Assembly (NCBI GenBank): GCA_964628365.1
Contig: CAZVMI010000002.1
Span: forward strand, 4,897-44,218
DNA from: an uncultured Candidatus Bathyarchaeia archaeon
Lineage (GTDB): Archaea > Thermoproteota > Bathyarchaeia > TCS64
Reading direction: 5' to 3'
DNA length: 39,322 nt
Shown here: positions 32,597 to 39,322 of the stretch, one piece after another
Position numbering within the stretch: the stretch's first letter is position 1
How the letters are laid out: every line of letters begins with the position of its first letter
Program-made: the position numbers and the translations under genes
The notes under the pieces: model-generated
Told to the model about the DNA's origin: nothing
Database searches by the model: none
The model's input: only the letters and a program-made list of their open reading frames with translations

Positions 32597-33499
32597 CTAC
32601 TTTATGCCATGGAGCCATGAGGGGTCCTCGAAGGAGGGGTTGGGGTATTTGTAGAAGCCTCTGCCCGTCTTCACACCTAGCTCCCCCCTCTCGATCTTGT
32701 CAAGGAGAAGCCTCGGAGGGTAGTCTCTGGGGTCGCCTGACTCCTCGTAGTAGGTCATCTCGATGTCCCTGACTACGTCGAGGCCCACACGGTCCATCAT
32801 CCCGAAGGGGCCGGACATCGTGCCGTACAGGCTCATCCAGGCCCTATCCACGTCCTCGTGGGTGGCCACGCCCTCATCGACGAGGTGGAGGCACTCCCTC
32901 TTCACGGCCCTCCAGACGCGGTTGAAGATGAAGCCCGTGCTCTCCTTGAGCACGGTAAGGGGCGTCAGCCCGATCATTATGGAGAACTCCCTCACCCTAC
33001 CCAAGGTCTCGTCGCTGGTCTTCGTTCCGCGCATGAGCTCGACTACCCTGCTTCTCCATGGAAAGCCGTAGAAGTGCATGTTGAGGACCCTGTCGGGGCG
33101 GTTCGTCGCGTCCTCGATCCTGGAGACCCTTATGGACGAGCTGTTGGTCGCCAGTATGGTATAGGGGCTGCACAGCCTGTCCAGATTCTTGAAGACTTCA
33201 CGTTTCATTTCGAGGCGCTCCGTGACGGCCTCTATCACGATCTCCGCAGTGGCAGCAGCCTGCGAAGCCGAGACAGTCCAGAGCATCCTGGACAGGATGG
33301 CTTCCTTCTCCTCGGCTTCTATCTTCCCTTCAAGGATCCACAGGTCCAGGTATCCATTTACCGAGTTCTTTGATCGTTCCAGGGCGTCTCTGGAGACATC
33401 GTAGAGGTTCACGGGGAGCCCGCTGGCGGCGCACTGGAGGGCGATCTGGGACCCAAGGTAGCCCGACCCGTAGACGCATATCTGTTTGGGAGATTCCAT
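32597..33499 (-). CDS. 3-hydroxyacyl-CoA dehydrogenase family protein (NAD-binding plus C-terminal domain)
   Basis: ICVYGSGYLGSQIA Rossmann loop, ATNSSS, NMHFYGFP..VVEL, and GFIFNR. ATG 33499 (MESPKQICVYGSG) is preferred over the ORF-track start 33613, which adds 38 residues and overlaps the divergent gene. Confidence 0.8.
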   Translation of the reverse strand: MESPKQICVYGSGYLGSQIALQCAASGLPVNLYDVSRDALERSKNSVNGYLDLWILEGKIEAEEKEAILSRMLWTVSASQAAATAEIVIEAVTERLEMKREVFKNLDRLCSPYTILATNSSSIRVSRIEDATNRPDRVLNMHFYGFPWRSRVVELMRGTKTSDETLGRVREFSIMIGLTPLTVLKESTGFIFNRVWRAVKRECLHLVDEGVATHEDVDRAWMSLYGTMSGPFGMMDRVGLDVVRDIEMTYYEESGDPRDYPPRLLLDKIERGELGVKTGRGFYKYPNPSFEDPSWLHGIK

Positions 33500-33665
33500 G
33501 CATGTTATCTGCCCGTTGGAGTGAAATGCTTTTGCCATCCTTGGGCTGGGAGGGTGCGATGTATTTAACCTGAAATCAGATCTATTTACGGGGGTTGTTT
33601 TGGGTAGGAACAAGAAATATTCCGGTTACAAGGCTTTCCAGTTTCTAGAGCCTGGGATCGACTAC

Positions 33666-34856
33666 ATGGAGTTCAAGCTCAGGGCGGAGATGGTCCCTGA
33701 GTGGGCCGAGTGGGTTCCATTGTCCAAGGACGAGGAGGATCGGTTCGAGGAGATCATGGAGAAGAACATCGTGATCAGCCTCCACGAGCACCCGAGCACG
33801 CGGCCAGAGGACATCAGCCTCCGTGAGGAGTTCACCAGGGAGGGGAGGGAGCCCCTCGCCTACGAAGCGCTGAGCAAATCGGGGCTCGACTGCGTCTTCG
33901 ACAACATGATGGACGGCTCCAACTTCATCAATACGAAGCACGGCTGGGACTGGATGAGCACCGTCCACGACCTCGGCATGAAGCTCTGCGACATAGCGAA
34001 ACAGGACTTCGTAGTTCACTGCAGGAAGGTTGAGGATATTCTGGAGGCCCACAAGGCGGGGAAGCTCGCCTGGGTAGGCGTCATAGAGTCCTCCTCATGT
34101 ATAGAGAACGAGGTGGACAGGCTCGACGTACTCTACGGCCTCGGCGTGAGAAGCATGGGGGTGAACTACAGCGAGTCGAACATGCTAGGCACCGGGCTCA
34201 AGGAGATCAGGGACGGAGGGTTAACCGACTTCGGCTACGACGCCGTCGTCCGGATGAACAAGCTGGGGATGCTCGTGGACGTGAGCCACGTGAGCGATCA
34301 GACGGCGATGGACACTATCGCCCTCAGCAAGAGGCCTATAGTCATCTCCCACAGCGGTGTCCGGGCACTGACGCCCACGACGAGGATGTTCCCGGATGAG
34401 GTGATCCAGGCTCTGGCCGAGAGGGGCGGGGTGATGGGGATAGAGGCGGCGCCCAACCTCACCGTCACCGAGAAGCACCCGCTGCACAGCATAGAGTCCT
34501 ACATGGAGCATATAGAGTACTGCATCGACCTTGTGGGCATCGACTACGTAGGGTGTGGGCCTGACACCAGCTACGCGGACCACGTGGGCATGTACCTGCA
34601 CAACCTCGAGGACTCCAAGAAGATGGGCCTGGGCCACTACAGCAGACCTGACCGCAAGGCGTCGCCGAACCAGTACCTTGGTATAGACATGAACATCGAG
34701 GCACTGAAGAGACTGAAGTACGTGAGGGGGATGGAGAACCCGACGGAGTGCCTCCAGAACGTCGCCCGCTGGATGGTGAAGCACGGCTACTCCGACAAGG
34801 AGATCGCGAAGATAATCGGTGGAAACGCCCTCCGCCTCCTACGCGAGGCCTGGTAA
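33666..34856 (+). CDS. Membrane-dipeptidase-family (M19) metallopeptidase
   Basis: M19-like blocks ISLHEHP, DVSHVSD, VISHSG and GIDYVGCGPD. ATG 33666 is preferred because 33600-33665 is lower in G+C. The ORF is open back to the TTG at 33600. Confidence 0.78.
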   Translation: MEFKLRAEMVPEWAEWVPLSKDEEDRFEEIMEKNIVISLHEHPSTRPEDISLREEFTREGREPLAYEALSKSGLDCVFDNMMDGSNFINTKHGWDWMSTVHDLGMKLCDIAKQDFVVHCRKVEDILEAHKAGKLAWVGVIESSSCIENEVDRLDVLYGLGVRSMGVNYSESNMLGTGLKEIRDGGLTDFGYDAVVRMNKLGMLVDVSHVSDQTAMDTIALSKRPIVISHSGVRALTPTTRMFPDEVIQALAERGGVMGIEAAPNLTVTEKHPLHSIESYMEHIEYCIDLVGIDYVGCGPDTSYADHVGMYLHNLEDSKKMGLGHYSRPDRKASPNQYLGIDMNIEALKRLKYVRGMENPTECLQNVARWMVKHGYSDKEIAKIIGGNALRLLREAW

Positions 34857-34994
34857 AAAGTCGAGGACCCCTCTTTTTCTTAGGGTTTCCCCCAATACTA
34901 ACTCTTCTTCGCGGAACCAAATTTGATGAGGAGGACCACCGTCAAACGTCCGCTGAAAATCAGGCTTTTATAAACAATTGAGACATGTAAAACC

Positions 34995-36458
34995 ATGACT
35001 GGTTTTAGAGTCGTCATCGGTATGATGATGCATGAAACTAACACCTTCAGCACGGTGGGGACGACGCTCGCCGACTATGACTCCCTCTACGGGGAGGAAC
35101 TGATCAATACCCACAGGGGAACGAAGTCCGGTGTGGGGGGTTTCCTCGATGTCCTGGGGAGGCACGGCGTCGACGTGATCTCGACGATCGGGGGGCACGC
35201 CACCCCGTCTGGCCCGATAAGGAACAGGGACTACTGGGTATTCGTGGACACGATCACGCGGGGCATCCGTGAGGCGGAGAAGGTGAACGGGGTTCTCCTC
35301 GCCCTCCACGGCGCGATGGTGGCGGAGGACGTCCCAGAGGCTGAGGGGACATTGCTCATGGAGGTCAGGAAAGAGGTCGGCCCGAAGACGCCGATCATCG
35401 TCACCCTGGACCTCCACGGCCTAATATCCGAGCTGATGGTGAAGAACTGCGACGCCATCTACGGCTACGACACCAACCCACACGTCGACATGTATGACAG
35501 GGGTGTGGAGGCCGCCGAGGCGATGGTGAGGGCCATGAAGGGCGAGGTGAAGCCCGTCGTCGCCTTCAAGAAGCTGCGGATGCTCCCGCCGACCATAAAC
35601 CAGCGCACGACGGAGGGGCCCATGGTCAAGCTCCTCGAGACCGCCTTCAAGATGGAGAAGCAGCCGGGGGTGCTAAACGTCTGCATCTTCCCCGCCTTCC
35701 CCTACGCCGACGTGGAGAGGGCCGGGAGCGCCGTCGTGGCGGTGACCGACAACGACCCGGGCCTCGCTCAGAGGCTCTGCGACGAACTCGGGGAGAAGAT
35801 GTGGAGCAAACGCAAGGAGTTCCTCAAGCCCCTCACGCCGATAAAGGAGGCCGTCGAGGAGGCCATTAAGGCCTCTGAGGGCCCTATAATCCTCGCGGAC
35901 GTGGCTGACAACCCCGGAGGCGGAGCGCCCGGCGACGGCACCGAGATACTGAAGGAACTCATCAAGAGAGGAGCCAAGAACGTGGGCATCGCCTGCATCA
36001 AAGACCCAGAGGCCGTGGAGAAGGCGATCCAGGCGGGAGTCAAGGGCGCTGTGACAATGAGGATAGGGGCCAAGACGGACAGCTTCCACGGTAAGCCCAT
36101 TGAGGTCTTCGGGAAGATCCGCACAATAACCGATGGCAGATTCATCCACAAGGCCGGCGCCGTGGGGTTGCCGGCGGACGTCGGACGAACCGCCGTCATC
36201 GACGTCGACGGCATCGAGGTGATACTCACCGAGAAGAGCCATGCCCCCAACGACCCGGAGATCTACAGGAGGAATGGCATAGAGCCCAGGGACAAGAAGA
36301 TCCTGGTCCTGAAAAGCAGAGGCCACTTCAGGGCGGCCTACGAGCCATTCAGCAAGAAGGTCATCGAGGTCGACGCCCCCGGGCTCACCAGCCCAAACCT
36401 CGGGTGGTTCAACTACAGGAACATACCCAGGCCCATATGGCCCTTCGACGAGATTTAA
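34995..36458 (+). CDS. MlrC-like (M81 family) metallopeptidase
   Basis: FRVVIGMMMHETNTFS N-terminus, ALHGAMV, and TLDLHG are typical of MlrC-domain proteins. 487 aa, ATG start. Confidence 0.8.
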   Translation: MTGFRVVIGMMMHETNTFSTVGTTLADYDSLYGEELINTHRGTKSGVGGFLDVLGRHGVDVISTIGGHATPSGPIRNRDYWVFVDTITRGIREAEKVNGVLLALHGAMVAEDVPEAEGTLLMEVRKEVGPKTPIIVTLDLHGLISELMVKNCDAIYGYDTNPHVDMYDRGVEAAEAMVRAMKGEVKPVVAFKKLRMLPPTINQRTTEGPMVKLLETAFKMEKQPGVLNVCIFPAFPYADVERAGSAVVAVTDNDPGLAQRLCDELGEKMWSKRKEFLKPLTPIKEAVEEAIKASEGPIILADVADNPGGGAPGDGTEILKELIKRGAKNVGIACIKDPEAVEKAIQAGVKGAVTMRIGAKTDSFHGKPIEVFGKIRTITDGRFIHKAGAVGLPADVGRTAVIDVDGIEVILTEKSHAPNDPEIYRRNGIEPRDKKILVLKSRGHFRAAYEPFSKKVIEVDAPGLTSPNLGWFNYRNIPRPIWPFDEI

Positions 36459-36463
36459 AATCC

Positions 36464-36502
36464 TTTTTTACACAGGAATTCCTCCACATCGGAGTTTTTT
36501 TT
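36464..36502 (+). terminator. Oligo-T tracts after the MlrC-like gene
   Basis: T6 at 36464-36469 and T8 at 36495-36502, within 45 nt of the stop codon. Oligo-T is the usual archaeal termination signal. Confidence 0.45.
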
Positions 36503-36904
36503 ATTAAATAATGTGAGTTTTGGAGACGGTAATATTCAGGGGTTACTTACCATATCTTGATTCGCGGTGAATCAATGTGGTTTTGAAGAGGCGTTTGGAA
36601 GTTGAAGTTCATTGCACTCCTGAGATGCGGCCGGGAGTGTCTCGACGAGTTCATCGAGATCTGGAACCGGAGACTGTCCCCCAGCCATACCATTAAGACC
36701 CTGTTCCCTCCACACACCATTGCTGATTCCCCCAAGGGCTACCAGGGACTTCACGATCTTCGCATCAAGGCACGTATTGTACTAAATTTGAAATCGATCC
36801 ACGTAGCTTTAAGCAGCGAGTCGAATACGTTTATATAATTTCAAGACGAATTAGTAAAAGCCAGACCTCAGTGAAAACAAGCCCATCGTATCGAGGTTCG
36901 ATGC

Positions 36905-37222
36905 ATGGAAAAAAAGACTAATCGACTTGAAGTAGCCGCTATACTACTAAGTTGCATATTCGTCTTCGCGATGCTAGGTTTTTCAGTCTACGCGAGAGAA
37001 CGCGATCAACCCCAGACCATGGTCTTCACAGTCGCGGCGTCGGAACAATTCAAGCTTAATTGGATCAACTGCACGAGAGTTACATTCAGTGAGGGGGGAG
37101 GATGGTCGTTTAATGGACTTTATGATTTCGAGGTCGGGAAAACGTATTCAGTCACATATTTAGGTTTTAAATACAGCTTAAGGAATTACGCTGAAATCGT
37201 GAGTATGCAGAAGGTGGATTAG
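36905..37222 (+). CDS. Small hypothetical membrane-anchored protein (105 aa) in a low-G+C islet
   Basis: N-terminal TM/signal-anchor VAAILLSCIFVFAMLGFSVYA, followed by a likely beta-rich ~75-aa domain. ATG start. No family recognised. Confidence 0.4.
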   Translation: MEKKTNRLEVAAILLSCIFVFAMLGFSVYARERDQPQTMVFTVAASEQFKLNWINCTRVTFSEGGGWSFNGLYDFEVGKTYSVTYLGFKYSLRNYAEIVSMQKVD

Positions 37223-37530
37223 ATCCCCTCTGTTGGTGTTATTGTATGCACTTTTCAGAGCGCGCGACCGCCTTAACTTCCTTTTTCTATTCACTAATAA
37301 AGAACGTATTGCGGGAATTTTCCGTGATCTACGTGGATACCAAGAAAACATGCCAATACTTACTCGGATATCTCAAGGCATACAACGAGGAAAAGACCGT
37401 CGAAAAGTGGTACAAAATCACTCTGAGTGAAAAAATCGAGAGAGAAAGATCGTAAAAATTTTTCGGAGAATAAGAGAAGTTCGAGCAATCAAAATTTATA
37501 AAACGTAGCTAACATTCAATTGGAGTTTCT

Positions 37531-39183
37531 TTGTCGGGAATCAATCTTGTAGAAGAGCTCTGCGCCGACCTCATCGTCACCAACTGCAAGGCGTACACTG
37601 CTGATCCCAACGACACTGTCGCGGAGGCCGTGGCGGTAAGGGACGGCAGGATCCTGAAGGTAGGGCCGGCCTCAGAGGTCATAGGGCTTAAGGGGAGAAA
37701 GACGAGGGTCCTCAACCTCGACGGCAGGCTCGTGCTTCCGGGATTCATCGACAGCCACGAGCACTGCATCAGGAAGGGGCTGCAGGCCGACTGGGTGGAA
37801 TGCGGCTCACCCCCCATGAAGACGATCAGGGATATCATCAAGGCTCTAAAAGTCAAGGCGGCGGATAAGCCTGCAGGGAGTTGGGTCGTGGGCAACTGGT
37901 TCGACGAGTCCAAGCTCGAGGAGAGGCGCTTCCCCACGCGATGGGACCTAGATGAGGCGTCGCTTGATAACCCGATCTATCTTGGACGAGCCGGAGGCCA
38001 CAACGGCGTGGCCAACAGCATGGCGCTGAAGATCGCCGGGATAGGCAGGGACACGCCGCAGCCGGCCGGCGGAAGGATAGAGAAGGGCGAGGATGGGGAG
38101 CCCACGGGTAGGCTCGACGAGCTGGCGGCCATGAACATGATCCGCTCTAAGATCCCAGCGCCGGGTCCCGAGGAGTCCGTCGAGACCATGGTGCGGAACT
38201 GGCCCAAGGTGGAGGAGGAGCTCCTCAGCTGGGGGCTGACGACGGTGCACGAGGCCCACATCAAGGCCCCCGAGGCAACCGCCTACCAAGAACTATTGGT
38301 GCAGGGGAAGCTCCGCATGCGCATCGGCCTCATGCTCGATGGCATGGCCCCGTACGAGGGCTACGCCACAAGCGACCTATCTAGGCAGGGACTACGCACT
38401 GGCTTCAGCTGGGGGGACAGGCTCCGAGTCATCGGCGTGAAGCTCGGCGTCGACGGCGCAATGGGCTCGAAGACGGCGGCGCTTTCCAGACCATACGAGG
38501 ACGAGCCGGGTAACAGGGGAATCGTCAGGGTGACTCAGCAGGAGTTGACGGAGGAGACCGTCAGGTGCCACCTGGCGAAGCTGAGGGTGTGCATCCACGC
38601 GATAGGGGACAGGGCCATCGACATGGCACTCGACGCGGTGGAGGAGGCGCTGAAGAAGCGGCCCTGGGAGGACCATCGGCACAGGATAGAGCACGTGGGC
38701 TACGCCGAGGAGAAGCAGCTTAAGAGGATGAAAAAACTAGGGGTAGCCGTCTCGGCCTCCATCGGCTTCTGCTACCCGATAGGCGACAGCCACCTCAAAG
38801 CCCTGGGCGAGGAGAGGATGAAGGGGTACTACCCCATGCGTAGCCTCGCCGAGCATGGCATAGTGGCCGGCGGGAACAGCGACGGCTTCGGCGAGAGCTG
38901 GGCGATAACGGGCATCTACGGCTGCGTGACGCGGAGGACCATGGGAGGGAAGATTCTCTGTGAAGAAGAGGCGATCTCGGTCATGGACGCGATAAAGGCT
39001 TACACAATCAATGGCGCCTATCTAGAGGGAACCGAGAAGGAGAAGGGCTCCTTTGAGCCTGGGAAGCTGGCTGATATAGTGGTCCTGGACAGAGACATCC
39101 TAACGATTGACCCCAACGAGATCATTGAGGCGAAAGCCGTGATGACCATCGTCGGCGGTGAAGTAGTCTATGAACGAAAGTAG
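37531..39183 (+). CDS. Amidohydrolase_3 family metal-dependent hydrolase (YtcJ-like)
   Basis: LVLPGFIDSHEH metal-binding HxH, CIHAIGDRAID, RIEHV, and C-terminal GSFEPGKLADIVVLDRD. TTG start preceded by GGAG at 5-nt spacing. Confidence 0.85.
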   Translation: MSGINLVEELCADLIVTNCKAYTADPNDTVAEAVAVRDGRILKVGPASEVIGLKGRKTRVLNLDGRLVLPGFIDSHEHCIRKGLQADWVECGSPPMKTIRDIIKALKVKAADKPAGSWVVGNWFDESKLEERRFPTRWDLDEASLDNPIYLGRAGGHNGVANSMALKIAGIGRDTPQPAGGRIEKGEDGEPTGRLDELAAMNMIRSKIPAPGPEESVETMVRNWPKVEEELLSWGLTTVHEAHIKAPEATAYQELLVQGKLRMRIGLMLDGMAPYEGYATSDLSRQGLRTGFSWGDRLRVIGVKLGVDGAMGSKTAALSRPYEDEPGNRGIVRVTQQELTEETVRCHLAKLRVCIHAIGDRAIDMALDAVEEALKKRPWEDHRHRIEHVGYAEEKQLKRMKKLGVAVSASIGFCYPIGDSHLKALGEERMKGYYPMRSLAEHGIVAGGNSDGFGESWAITGIYGCVTRRTMGGKILCEEEAISVMDAIKAYTINGAYLEGTEKEKGSFEPGKLADIVVLDRDILTIDPNEIIEAKAVMTIVGGEVVYERK

Positions 39184-39322
39184 GCTCCGCCTCTCAGACA
39201 ATGCACCTTTTTGAGGGTCATTATAACAATTTTTTAAAATTTCCAAAAATTCGATGATTCGTCCTCAACGTCGTATATGGATTTAATAGATTAGTTGAAG
39301 GAAAATATAGTAGAAACAGGGG

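Noticed and set aside
33500-33613. The ORF-track N-terminal extension of the dehydrogenase (start 33613) and the TTG start of the dipeptidase (33600). Together these would make the divergent genes overlap.
   Set aside because: The Rossmann GxGxxG should lie within ~10 residues of the N-terminus, which supports ATG 33499. The 33600-33665 stretch is lower in G+C and precedes an in-frame ATG at 33666. Both starts remain unverified.
34923-34956. A possible C/D-box sRNA: TGATGA at 34924-34929 and CTGA at 34953-34956 in the spacer after the dipeptidase gene.
   Set aside because: There is no C'/D' pair, the 23-nt spacing does not fit the usual 12-nt guide layout, and the flanks cannot form a terminal stem.
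36547-36838. Three mutually overlapping 60-78-aa ORFs (36547..36735 -, 36572..36754 -, 36602..36838 +) in the low-G+C islet.
   Set aside because: At most one can be real, none has a recognisable motif, and two start at non-ATG codons. They are reported only as a possible gene remnant within the islet finding.

Overview
This is an archaeal chromosomal window with about 45 protein genes and generally high G+C. I found no rRNA, tRNA, CRISPR array, transposase or integrase. All family calls come from reading motifs by eye; no searches were run.

Layout:
- **3-8073:** a FtsX/MacB-type ABC transporter split over two convergent transcription units, a small 4xCxxC zinc protein, a threonine/serine dehydratase, a Tfx-like HTH gene coupled to a 4-TM membrane protein, and a nucleoside hydrolase-ribokinase-YbaK operon.
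- **8150-13839:** one uninterrupted minus-strand translation/secretion array: S19e, PDCD5-like, L39e, L31e, LX, prefoldin alpha, FtsY, SecE, Spt5, L11, L1, P0. It has two deviations. No eIF6 gene lies between L31e and LX. P0 is short, lacks the acidic tail, and no P1/L12 gene follows it.
- **14053-19159:** an HCD-motif protein, a cupin, a YchF-like GTPase, a stand-alone E1-like adenylyltransferase with an unassigned 100-aa C-terminal domain, and a zinc-ribbon / acidic-disordered / helical protein.
- **19169-32547:** a surface-glycan island. It holds a Wzx-like flippase, an MFS transporter and a full enzyme set for a legionaminic/pseudaminic-type nonulosonic acid: 4,6-dehydratase, two DegT aminotransferases, two hexapeptide acetyltransferases, a NeuC-like hydrolysing epimerase, a NeuB-like synthase and a NeuA-like CMP-transferase. 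It also holds an acetamidino-forming amidotransferase and an orphan 466-aa GT-B-like protein.
- **32597-39183:** a hydrolase block (3-hydroxyacyl-CoA dehydrogenase-like, M19 dipeptidase, MlrC/M81, amidohydrolase_3) interrupted by a ~1.1-kb low-G+C islet of orphan small ORFs.

No recognisable defence system or mobile element is present. The best candidates for undescribed biology are the orphan putative nonulosonic-acid transferase and its island, the E1-like enzyme with a novel C-terminal domain, the zinc-ribbon acidic protein, the Tfx/membrane-protein module, and the atypical ABC permease pair.
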